A DNA stretch of 64,000 nucleotides from Squalus acanthias (lineage: Eukaryota). How positions within the stretch are numbered: the stretch's first letter is position 1; every line of letters starts with the position of its first letter. The notes beneath the pieces were generated by a model. It was not told where the DNA came from. It was given only the letters and a program-made list of their open reading frames with translations, and made no database searches. A program made the position numbers and the translations under genes. Shown here in pieces: positions 49,607 to 63,300 of the stretch. The stretch covers positions 114,144,001-114,208,000 of the forward strand of contig CM059431.1 of assembly GCA_030390025.1 (NCBI GenBank). Direction: 5' to 3'.

Positions 49607-52600
49607 ACAGGCATTGAGCACAGTTGCCTGTAATATGCAGGCATTGAGAGCATTTACCTGTAATGTACAGGCATTGAACGCAGGTACCTGTAATATACAG
49701 GCATTGAGTGCAGTTACCTGTCGTGTATAGGCATTGAGTGCAGGTAACTGTAATATACAGGCATTGAGTGCAGTTACCTGTAATTTATAGGCATTGAGTG
49801 CAGGTAACTGTAATATACAGGCATTGAGTGCAGGTAACTGTAATTTATAGGCATTGAGAGCAGCTACCTGTAATGTACAGGCATTGATTGCAGGTATCTG
49901 TAATGTACAGGCATTGATTGCAGGTATCTGTAATATATAGGCATTGAGTGCAGGGACCCCTAATGTACAGGCATTGAGTGCAGGTACCTGAATTATACAT
50001 GCATTGAGTGCAGGTACCTGAAATATAAAGGCATTGATTGCAGGTACCTGTAATGTACAGGCATTGAAAGCAGGTAAACTTAATTAACAGGCATTGAGTG
50101 CAAGTACCTGTAAGGTACATGCATTGGGTGCAGATAACAGTAATATAGAGGAATTGATTGCAGGTACCTGTAATGTATAGGCATTGAGTGTAGATAACTG
50201 TAATATAGAGGCATTAAGTGCAAGTACCTGTAATGTACATGCATTGAGTGCAGATAACAGTAATATACAGGCATTGAATGCAAGTACCTGTAATGTAAAG
50301 GCATTGAGTGCAGATAACTGTAATATACAGGCATTGAGTGCTGGTACCTGTAACATCCAGGCATTGACTGCAGATAACTAATATACAGGCACTGAGTGCA
50401 GGACCTGTAATGTACAGGCATTGAGTGCTGGTAACTGTAACGTGCAGGGATTGAGTGACGATAACTGAAATATACAGGCATTGAGTGCAGGTACCTGTAA
50501 TATACAGGAATTGAGTGCAGGTACCTGTAATGTACAGGCATTGAGTGCAGGCACCTGTAATGTACAGACATTGAGTGCAGGTGTCAGTAATATACAGGCA
50601 CTGAGTTCTGGTACCTGTAACGTGCAGCCATTGAGTGCCGATAACTGAAACATACAGGCAATGAGTGCAGGTAATCTTAATATACAGTACCTGCGCAGGT
50701 ACCTGTAATGTACAGGCATTGAGTGCAAGTACCTATAATGTACAGGCATTGAGTGCAGGTAACTGTAATGTACAGGCATTGAGTGCAGCTAGCTGTAATT
50801 TCAGGCATTTAATGCAGGTATCTGCAATTTACAGGCATTGAGTGCAGTTAACTGTTGTGTACAGGCATTGAGTGCATTTACCTGTAATGTACAGGCATTG
50901 AACACAGGTACCTGTAATATACAGGCATTGTGTGCAGTTACTTTTCGTGTACAGGCATTGAGTGCAGGTAACTGTAATATACAGGCATTGAGTGCAGGCA
51001 CCTGTACTGTACCAGCATTGAGTGCAGATACCTGTAATCTACAGGCATTGAGTGCACGTACCAGTTATGTACAGGCATTGAGTGCAGCTAACTGTAATTT
51101 CAGGCATTGAGTGCAGGTACCTGCAATTTACAGGCATTGAGTGCAGGTACATGTATTATTCAGGCATTGATTGCTGGTATCTGTAATATGCAGGCATTGT
51201 GTGCAGGTACCTGTAATTTACTGGCATTGAGTGCAGATAACTGTAATATATAGGCCTTGAGTGCAGGTACCTGAAATATACAGGCATTGAGTGCAGGTAA
51301 CTGTATTGTACAGGCATTGAGTGCAGGTATCTGTAATATGCAGGAATTGAGTGCAGGTAGCTGTAATATACAGGCATTGAGCACAGTTGCCTGTAATATA
51401 CAGGCATTGAGTGCATTTACATGTCATGTACAGGCATTGAATGCAGGTACCTGTAATATACAGTCATTGAGTGCAGTTACCTGTCATGTATAGGCAATGA
51501 GTGCAGGTGCCAGTAATGTATAGGCACTGAATGCAGGTACCTGTAGAGTACAGGAATTGAGTGCAGCTACCTGCAATGTACAGGCATTGAGTGCAGGTAC
51601 TTGTAATGTACAGGCATTGAGTGCAGGTAACTGTAATGTACAGGCATTGAGTGCAGCTAGCTGTAATTTCAGGCATTTAATGCAGGTATCTGCAATTTAC
51701 AGGCATTGAGTGCAGTTAACTGTTGTGTACAGGCATTGAGTGCATTTACCTGTAATGTACAGGCATTGAACACAGGTACCTGTAATATACAGGCATTGTG
51801 TGCAGTTACTTTTTGTGTACAGGCATTGAGTGCAGGTAACTGTAATATACAGGCATTGAGTGCAGCACCTGTACTGTACCAGCATTGAGTGCAGATACCT
51901 GCAATCTACAGGCATTGAGTGCAGGTATCTAAATTGTACAAGCATTGAGTGCAGGTACCAGTTATGTACAGGCATTGAGTGCAGGTACTTGTAATGCACA
52001 GGAATTGAGTGCAGTTAAGTGTAATGTACAGGCATTGAGTGCAGGTACCAGTAATTTCAGGCATTGAGTGCAGGTACCTACGTGTACAGGCATTGAGTGC
52101 AGATAACTGTAATATACAGGAATTGATTGCAGGTACCTGTAATGTACAGGCATTGAGTGCAGATATCTGTAATGTACAGGCATTGAGTGCCGATGTCAGT
52201 AATGTATAGGCACTGAATGCAGGTACCTGTAGAGTACAGGCATTGATATCAGGTACCTGTACTGTACAGGCATTGAGGGCTGACAATTGTAATATACAGG
52301 CATTGGGTGCTGGTACCTGTAACGTGCAGGCATTGAGTGCGGGTACCTCATTTGTAAAAGCATTGAGTGCAGGTACCAGTTATGTACAGGCATTGAGTGC
52401 AGGTACCTGTAATTCACAGGAATTGAGTGCAGTTAAGTGTAATGTACAGGCATTGAGTGCAGGTACCAGTAATTTCAGGCATTGAGTGCAGGTACCTGAA
52501 ATATACAGGCATTGACTGCAGGGATCTGTAATGTACATGCATTGAGCACAGATAACAGTAATATACAGGAATTGATTGCAGGTACCGTAATGTACAGGCA

Positions 52601-54349
52601 TTGAATGCATGTACCTCTAATATAAAGGCATTGAGTGCAGTTACCTGTCGTGTACAGGCATTGAGTGCAGGTAACTGTAATATACAAGCATTGAGAGCAG
52701 GTACCTGTACTGTACAGGCATTGAGTGCAGGTACCTGTCGTTTACAGGCATTGAGTGCAGGTAACATAATGTACAAGCATTGAGAGCAGATACCTGTACT
52801 GTTCAGGCATTGAGTGCAGGTACCTGTAATCTACAGGCATTGAATGCAGGTATCTGAATTGTACAAGCATTGAGTGCGGGTACCAGTTATGTACAGGCAT
52901 TGAGTGCAGGTACCTGTAATGCACAGGCATTGAGTGCGGGTACCTGAATTGTAAAAGCATTGAGTGCAGGTATCAGTTATGTACAGACTTTGAGTGCAGG
53001 TACCTGTAATATACAGGCATTGATTACAGGTACCTGTAATGTACAGGAATTGACTGCAGCTACCTGCAATGTACAGGCATTGAGTGCAGGTACCTGTAAT
53101 GTACAGGCATTGAGTGCAGGTAACTGTAATCTACAGGCATTGAGTGCAGCTAACTGTAATTTCAGGCATTTAATGCAGGTACCTGCAATTTACAGGCATT
53201 GAGTGCAGTTAACTGTCATGTACAGGCATTGAGTGCATTTACCTGTAATGTACAGGCATTGAACACAGGTACCTGTAATATACAGGCATTGAATGCAGTT
53301 ACTTTTCATGTACAGGCATTGAGTGCAGGTAGCTGTAATATACAGGCATTGAGTGCAGGTACCTGTACTGTACTGGCATTGAGTGCAGATACCTGTAATC
53401 TACAGGCATTGAGTGCAGCTATCTAAATTGTACAAGCATTGAGTGCAGGTACCAGTTATGTACAGGCATTGAGTGCAGGTACCAGTTATGTACAGGCATT
53501 GAGTGCAGGTACCTGTAATATACAGGCATTGAGTGCAGGTACCTGTAATGTACAGGCATTGACTGCAGGTAGCTGTAATATACAGGCATTGAGTGCAGGT
53601 AACCCTATAATACAGGCTTTGAGCACAGTTGCCTGTAACATACAGGCATTGCGTGCATTTACCTGTAATGTACAGGCATTGAATGCAGGTTCCTGTAATA
53701 TACAGGCATTGAGTGCAGTTACCTACGTGTACAGGCATTGAGTGCAGGTAACTGTAATATACAGGCATTGAGTGCAGGTACCTGTACTGTACAGGCATTG
53801 AGTGCAGATACAAGTAATTTACAGGCATTGAGTGCAGGTATATGTAATGTACATGCATTGAGCGCAGATAACTGTAATATACAGGAATTGATTGCAGGTA
53901 CCTGTAATGTACAGGAATTGATTGCAGGTACCTGTAATGTACAGGCATTGACTGCAGGTACCTGTAATGTACGGGCATTGAGTGTAGATATCTTTAATAT
54001 ATAGGCATTGAGTGAACTGTAATATATAGGCATTGAGTGCTGGTACCTGTAACGTGCAGGCATTGAGTTTCGATAACTGAAATATACAGACACTGAGTGC
54101 AGATACCTGTAATATATAGGCATTGAGTGCAGGTACCTGTAATGTACAGGCATTGAGTACAGGTACTTGTAATGTACAGGCATTGGTGCAGGTGTCAGTA
54201 ATATATAGACATTGAATGCAGGTACCTGTAGAGTTCAGGCATTGATTGCAGGTACCTGTACTGTACAGGCATTGAGGGCTGATAGCTTTAATATACAGGC
54301 ATTGAGTGCTGGTACCTGTAATGTGCAGGCATTGAGTGCAGCTAACTGA

Positions 54350-57300
54350 AATATACAGTCACTGAGTGCAGTTACCTGTAATGTACAGGCATTGAGTGCA
54401 GGTACCTGTAGATTAGATGCATTGAGTGCAGCAACCTGTAATGGACAGGCATTGAGTGCAGGTGCCAATAATTTATAGGCACTGAATGCAGGTACCTGTA
54501 ATGTACCGGCATTGAGTGCAAGTACCTGTACTATACAGGCATTGAATGCAGGTGCCATTAATGTATAGGCACTGAATGCAGGTACCTCTAGTGTACAGTG
54601 CTGGTACCTGTAACATGCAGGCACTGACTGCAGGAACCTGTAATATATCGGCCTTGAGTGCGGGTGCCTGAAATATATTGGCACTAAGTGCAGGTAGCTG
54701 TAATGTACAGGCATTGAAAGCAGGTAACTGTAATTAACAGGTATTGGGTGCAAGTACCTGTAATGTACAGGCATAGTGTGCAGGTACCTCTAATGTACAG
54801 GCATTGAGGGCAGGTATCTGTAATCTACAGGCATTCCGTGCAGATATTGGTATTGTACAGGCATTGGGTGCAGGTACCATTAATGTACAGGCATTGAGTG
54901 TAGGTACCTGTAATGTACAGGCATTGAGTGCTGTTAACTGTAATATACAGGAATTGAGTGCTGGTAACTGTAACGTGCAGGCATTGCGTGCCGTAAACTG
55001 AAATATACAGGCATTGAGTGCAGGTACCTGTAATGTACAGTGACTGACTGCAGATACCTGTACTATATAGGCATTGAGTACAGGTAGCTGTAATATACAG
55101 GCATTGAGTGCAGGTACCTGTAAAATACAGGGATTGAGCACAGTTGCCTGTAATATACAGGCATTGAGTGCAGTTACTTGTAATGCACAGGCATGGAGTG
55201 CAGGTAACTGTAATATACAGGCATGGAGTGCAGGTACCTGTAATGTACAGGAATTTAGTGCAGGTACCTATAATATACAGGCACTGAGCAGAGGTACCTG
55301 TAATATACAGGCATTGAGTGCAGTTGCTTGTAATGCACAGCCATTGAGTGCAGGTAACTGTAATATTACAGGCATTGAGTGCAGGTACCTGTAATATACA
55401 GGCATTGAGTTCATTTACCTGTTATGTACAGCCATTGAAGAAAGGAACCTGTAATATACAGGCATTGTGTGCAGTTACCTGTAATGTACAGGCATTGAAA
55501 GGAGGTAACATTTATTGACAGGCATTGAGTGTGAGTACCTGCAATGTGCATGCATTGAGTGCAGATAACTGTAATATGCAGGAATTGATTGCAGGTACCT
55601 ATAATGTACAGGCATTGAGTGCAGATAACTGAAATATACAGGAATTAAATGCAGGTACCTGTAATATACAAGCATTGAGAGCAGGTACCTGTAATGTACA
55701 GGCATTGAGTGCAGATAACTGAAATATACAGGAATTAAATGCAGGTACCTGTAATATACAAGCATTGAGAGCAGGTACCTGTAATGTACAGGCATTGAAA
55801 GCGGGTAACTCTAATTAAAACGGATTGAGTGCAAGTACCTGCAATGTACCTGCATTGAGTGCAGATAACTGTAATATGCAGGAAATGATCGCAGGTACCT
55901 GTAATGTACAGGCATTCACTGCAGGTACCTGTAATGTACAGGCATTGAGTACAGATAACTGAAATATACAGCATTAAGTGCAGGTACCTGTAATATACAG
56001 GCATTGAGAGCAGGTACCTGTAATGTACAGGCATTGAGTGCATGTACCTGTAATGTACAGGCATTGAGTGCAGGTGTCAGTACTGTATAGGCACTGAATG
56101 CAGGTACCTGTAGAGTACATCTATTGATTGTAGGTACCTGTAATTTACAGGCATTGAGTCCAGATAAATGTAATGTACATGCATTGAGTGCAGATAAGTG
56201 TAATATACAATCACTGAGTGCAGGTACCTGTAATGTACAGGCATTGAGTGCAGGTACCTGTAATATGCAGGCATTGAGTGCATGTACCTGTAAATTAGAT
56301 GCATTGAGTGCAGCGACCTGTAATGGACAGGCATTGAGTACAGGTGCCAGTAATGTAGAAGCACTGAATGCAGGTACCTGTAATGTACAGGCATTGAGTG
56401 CAGGTATCTGAATTGTACTTGCATTGAGTGCAGGTACCTGTAATGTACAGGCATTGAAAGCAGGGAAATGTAATTAACAGGCATTGATTGCAAGTACCTC
56501 TAATATACATGCATTGAGTGCAGATAACTAATATACAGAAATTGATAGCAGGTACCTGTAATGTACAGGCATTGACTGCAGGCACCTGTAATGTACAGGC
56601 ATTGATTGCAGATAACTGTAATATACAGGCATTGAGTGCAGGTACCTGTAACTTGCAGGCAAAGAGTGCAGATAACTGAAATATACAGTCATTGAGTGCA
56701 GGTACTTGTAATATACAGGCATTGAGTGCAGGTACCTGCAATGCACAGGCATTATTGCAGCTAACTGTAATGTACAGGCATTGATTGCAGGTACCTGAAA
56801 TTTTCAGGCATTGAGTGCACGTACCTGTAATGCGCAGGCATTGAGTGCGGTTACATGAAATATATAGGCATTGCGTGCAGGTACCTGAAATTTACAGGCA
56901 TTGAGTGCAGGTACCTGTAATGTACAGGCATTGAGTGCATGTAACTGTAATTAACAGGCATTGAGTGCAGGTACCTGTATTATACAGACATTGAGTGCAG
57001 GTACCTGAAATATATAGGCATTGAGTGCAGTTACCTGTATTTTTTAGGCATTGAGTGCAGGTACCTGCAATGTACAGGCATTGAGTGCAGGTACCTGTAA
57101 TATTCAGGCATTGAGTGCAGGTACCTGTAATGCACAGGCATTACTGCAGCTAACTGTAATGTACAGGCATTGATTGCAGGTACCTGAAATTTTCAGGCAT
57201 TGAGTGCACGTACCTGTAATGCGCAGGCATTGAGTGCGGTTACATGAAATATATAGGCATTGCGTGCAGGTACCTGAAATTTACAGGCATTGAGTGCAGG

Positions 57301-60300
57301 TACCTGTAATGTACAGGCATTGAGTGCATGTAACTGTAATTAACAGGCATTGAGTGCAGGTACCTGTATTATACAGACATTGAGTGCAGGTACCTGAAAT
57401 ATATAGGCATTGAGTGCAGTTACCTGTATTTTTTAGGCATTGAGTGCAGGTACCTGCAATGTACAGGCATTGAGTGCAGGTACCTGTAATATTCAGGCAT
57501 TGAGTGCAGGTACCTGTAATGTATCGGCATTGAGAGCAGGTAAATGTAATATACAGTCAATGAGTGCAGGTCCCTGTAATATACAGGCATTGAGTGCAGG
57601 TCCTTCTAATGTACAAGCATTGAGTGCAGGTAACTGCAATATACAGGCATAGTGTGCAGGTACCTCTAATGTACAGGCATTGAGGGCAGGTATCTGTAAT
57701 CTACAGGCATTCAGTGCAGATATTGGTATTGTACAGGCATTGGGTGCAGGTACCATTAATGTACAGGCATTGAGTGTAGGTACCTGTAATGTACAGGCAT
57801 TGAGTGTAGGTACCTGTAATTAACAGGCATTGAGTGCAGGTACCTGTAATATACAGACATTGAGTGCAGGTACCTGAAATATATAGGCATTGAGTGCAGG
57901 TACTTGTATTTTTTAGGCATTGAGTGCAGGTACCTGCAATGTACAGGCATTGAGTGCAGGTACCTGTAATATTCAGGCATTGAGTGCAGGTACCTGTAAT
58001 GTATCGGCATTGAGAGCAGGTAACTGTAATATACAGTCAATGAGTGCAGGTTCCTGTAATATACAGGCATTGAGTGCAGGTCCTTCTAATGTACAAGCAT
58101 TGAGTGCAGGTAACTGCAATATACAGGCATAGTGTGCAGGTACCTCTAATGTACAGGCATTGAGGGCAGGTATCTGTAATCTACAGGCATTCCGTGCAGA
58201 TATTGGTATTGTACAGGCATTGGGTGCAGGTACCAGTAATGTACAGGCATTGAGTGTAGGTACCTGTAATGTACAGGCATTGAGTGTAGGTACCTGTAAT
58301 TAACAGGCATTGAGTGCAGGTACCTGTAATATACAGACATTGAGTGCAGGTGCCTGAAATTTTCAGGCTTTGAGTGCAGGTACCTGTAATGTACAGGCAT
58401 TGAGTGCATGTAACTGTAATTAACAGGCATTGAGTGCAGGTACCTGTAATATATAGTCACTGAGTGCAGTTACCTGTAATGTACAGGCATTGAGTGCAGG
58501 TACCTGTAAATTAGATGCATTGAGTGCAGCAACCTGTAATGGACAGGCATTGAGTGCAGGTGCCAATAATTTATAGGCACTGAATGCAGGTACCTGTAAT
58601 GTACCGGCATTGAGTGCAGGTACCTGTACTATACAGGCATTGAATGCAGGTGCCATTAATGTATAGGCACTGAATGCAGGTACCTCTAGTGTACAGTGCT
58701 GGTACCTGTAACATGCAGGCACTGACTGCAGGAACCTGTAATATATCGGCCTTGAGTGCGGGTGCCTGAAATATATTGGCACTAAGTGCAGGTAGCTGTA
58801 ATGTACAGCCATTGAAAGCAGGTAACTGTAATTAACAGGTATTGGGTGCAAGTACCTGTAATGTACAGGCATAGTGTGCAGGTACCTCTAATGTACAGGC
58901 ATTGAGGGCAGGTATCTGTAATCTACAGGCATTCCGTGCAGATATTGGTATTGTACAGGCATTGGGTGCAGGTACCATTAATGTACAGGCATTGAGTGTA
59001 GGTACCTGTAATGTACAGGCATTGAGTGCTGTTAACTGTAATATACAGGAATTGAGTGCTGGTAACTGTAACGTGCAGGCATTGCGTGCCGTAAACTGAA
59101 ATATACAGGCATTGAGTGCAGGTACCTGTAATGTACAGTGACTGACTGCAGATACCTGTACTATATAGGCATTGAGTACAGGTAGCTGTAATATACAGGC
59201 ATTGAGTGCAGGTACCTGTAAAATACAGGGATTGAGCACAGTTGCCTGTAATATACAGGCATTGAGTGCAGTTACTTGTAATGCACAGGCATGGAGTGCA
59301 GGTAACTGTAATATACAGGCATGGAGTGCAGGTACCTGTAATGTACAGGAATTTAGTGCAGGTACCTATAATATACAGGCACTGAGCAGAGGTACCTGTA
59401 ATATACAGGCATTGAGTGCAGTTGCTTGTAATGCACAGCCATTGAGTGCAGGTAACTGTAATATTACAGGCATTGAGTGCAGGTACCTGTAATATACAGG
59501 CATTGAGTTCATTTACCTGTTATGTACAGCCATTGAAGAAAGGAACCTGTAATATACAGGCATTGTGTGCAGTTACCTGTAATGTACAGGCATTGTAAGG
59601 AGGTAACATTTATTGACAGGCATTGAGTGTGAGTACCTGCAATGTACATGCATTGAGTGCAGATAACTGTAATATGCAGGAATTGATTGCAGGTACCTAT
59701 AATGTACAGGCATTGAGTGCAGATAACTGAAATATACAGGAATTAAATGCAGGTACCTGTAATATACAAGCATTGAGAGCAGGTACCTGTAATGTACAGG
59801 CATTGAGTGCAGATAACTGAAATATACAGGAATTAAATGCAGGTACCTGTAATATACAAGCATTGAGAGCAGGTACCTGTAATGTACAGGCATTGAAAGC
59901 GGGTAACTCTAATTAAAACGGATTGAGTGCAAGTACCTGCAATGTACCTGCATTGAGTGCAGATAACTGTAATATGCAGGAAATGATCGCAGGTACCTGT
60001 AATGTACAGGCATTCACTGCAGGTACCTGTAATGTACAGGCATTGAGTACAGATAACTGAAATATACAGCATTAAGTGCAGGTACCTGTAATATACAGGC
60101 ATTGAGTGCATGTACCTGTAATGTACAGGCATTGAGTGCAGGTGTCAGTACTGTATAGGCACTGAATGCAGGTACCTGTAGAGTACATCTATTGATTGTA
60201 GGTACCTGTAATTTACAGGCATTGAGTCCAGATAAATGTAATGTACATGCATTGAGTGCAGATAAGTGTAATATACAATCACTGAGTGCAGGTACCTGTA

Positions 60301-63300
60301 ATGTACAGGCATTGAGTGCAGGTACCTGTAATATGCAGGCATTGAGTGCATGTACCTGTAAATTAGATGCATTGAGTGCAGCGACCTGTAATGGACAGGC
60401 ATTGAGTACAGGTGCCAGTAATGTAGAAGCACTGAATGCAGGTACCTGTAATGTACAGGCATTGAGTGCAGGTATCTGAATTGTACTTGCATTGAGTGAA
60501 GGTACCTGTAATGTACAGGCATTGAAAGCAGGGAAATGTAATTAACAGGCATTGATTGCAAGTACCTCTAATATACATGCATTGAGTGCAGATAACTAAT
60601 ATACAGAAATTGATAGCAGGTACCTGTAATGTACAGGCATTGACTGCAGGCACCTGTAATGGACAGGCATTGATTGCAGATAACTGTAATATACAGGCAT
60701 TGAGTGCAGGTAACTGTAAAGTACAGGCATTGATTGCAGGTATCTGTATTGTACAGTAGATGATTGCAGGTAGCTGTATTGTACAGGCATTGCATGCAGG
60801 TACCTGTAATATACAGGCATTGCATGCAGGTACCTGTAATATACAGGCATTGAATGCAGGTAACTGTAATGTACAGGTATTGAGTGCAGATAACTGTAAT
60901 ACACAGGCATAGAGTTCTGGTACCTGTAACTTGCAGGCAAAGAGTGCAGATAACTGAAATATACAGTCATTGAGTGCAGGTACTTGTAATATACAGGCAT
61001 TGAGTGCAGGTACCTGTAATGCACAGGCATTATTGCAGCTAACTGTAATGTACAGGCATTGATTGCAGGTACCTGAAATTTTCAGGCATTGAGTGCACGT
61101 ACCTGTAATGCGCAGGCATTGAGTGCGGTTACATGAAATATATAGGCATTGCGTGCAGGTACCTGAAATTTACAGGCATTGAGTGCAGGTACCTGTAATG
61201 TACAGGCATTGAGTGCATGTAACTGTAATTAACAGGCATTGAGTGCAGGTACCTGTATTATACAGACATTGAGTGCAGGTACCTGAAATATATAGGCATT
61301 GAGTGCAGTTACCTGTATTTTTTAGGCATTGAGTGCAGGTACCTGCAATGTACAGGCATTGAGTGCAGGTACCTGTAATATTCAGGCATTGAGTGCAGGT
61401 ACCTGTAATGTATCGGCATTGAGAGCAGGTAACTGTAATATACAGTCAATGAGTGCAGGTTCCTGTAATATACAGGCATTGAGTGCAGGTCCTTCTAATG
61501 TACAAGCATTGAGTGCAGGTAACTGCAATATACAGGCATAGTGTGCAGGTACCTCTAATGTACAGGCATTGAGGGCAGGTATCTGTAATCTACAGGCATT
61601 CCGTGCAGATATTGGTATTGTACAGGCATTGGGTGCAGGTACCATTAATGTACAGGCATTGAGTGTAGGTACCTGTAATGTACAGGCATTGAGTGTAGGT
61701 ACCTGTAATTAACAGGCATTGAGTACAGGTACCTGTAATATACAGACATTGAGTGCAGGTGCCTGAAATTTTCAGGCTTTGAGTGCAGGTACCTGTAATG
61801 TACAGGCATTGAGTGCATGTAACTGTAATTAACAGGCATTGAGTGCAGGTACCTGTAATATATAGTCACTGAGTGCAGTTACCTGTAATGTACAGGCATT
61901 GAGTGCAGGTACCTGTAGATTAGATGCATTGAGTGCAGCAACCTGTAATGGACAGGCATTGAGTGCAGGTGCCAATAATTTATAGGCACTGAATGCAGGT
62001 ACCTGTAATGTACCGGCATTGAGTGCAAGTACCTGTACTATACAGGCATTGAATGCAGGTGCCATTAATGTATAGGTACTGAATGCAGGTACCTCTAGTG
62101 TACAGTGCTGGTACCTGTAACATGCAGGCACTGACTGCAGGAACCTGTAATATATAGGCCTTGAGTGCGGGTGCCTGAAATATATTGGCACTAAGTGCAG
62201 GTAGCTGTAATGTACAGGCATTGAAAGCAGGTAATTAACAGGTATTGGGTGCAAGTACCTGTAATGTACATGCATTGAGTGCTGTTAACTGTAATATACA
62301 GGAATTGAGTGCTGGTAACTGTAACGTGCAGGCATTGCGTGCCGTAAACTGAAATATACAGGCATTGAGTGCAGGTACCTGTAATGTACAGTGACTGACT
62401 GCAGATACCTGTACTATATAGGCATTGAGTACAGGTAGCTGTAAAATACAGGGATTGAGCACAGTTGCCTGTAATATACAGGCATTGAGTGCAGTTACTT
62501 GTAATGCACAGGCATGGAGTGCAGGTAACTGTAATATACAGGCATGGAGTGCAGGTACCTGTAATGTACAGGAATTTAGTGCAGGTACCTATAATATACA
62601 GGCACTGAGCAGAGGTACCTGTAATATACAGGCATTGAGTGCAGTTGCTTGTAATGCACAGCCATTGAGTGCAGGTAACTGTAATATTACAGGCATTGAG
62701 TGCAGGTACCTGTAATATACAGGCATTGAGTTCATTTACCTGTTATGTACAGCCATTGAAGAAAGGAACCTGTAATATACAGGCATTGTGTGCAGTTACC
62801 TGTAATGTACAGGCATTGAAAGGAGGTAACATTTATTGACAGGCATTGAGTGTGAGTACCTGCAATGTGCATGCATTGAGTGCAGATAACTGTAATATGC
62901 AGGAATTGATTGCAGGTACCTATAATGTACAGGCATTGAGTGCAGATAACTGAAATATACAGGAATTAAATGCAGGTACCTGTAATATACAAGCATTGAG
63001 AGCAGGTACCTGTAATGTACAGGCATTGAGTGCAGATAACTGAAATATACAGGAATTAAATGCAGGTACCTGTAATATACAAGCATTGAGAGCAGGTACC
63101 TGTAATGTACAGGCATTGAAAGCGGGTAACTCTAATTAAAATGGATTGAGTGCAAGTACCTGCAATGTACCTGCATTGAGTGCAGATAACTGTAATATGC
63201 AGGAAATGATCGCAGGTACCTGTAATGTACAGGCATTCACTGCAGGTACCTGTAATGTACAGGCATTGAGTACAGATAACTGAAATATACAGCATTAAGT

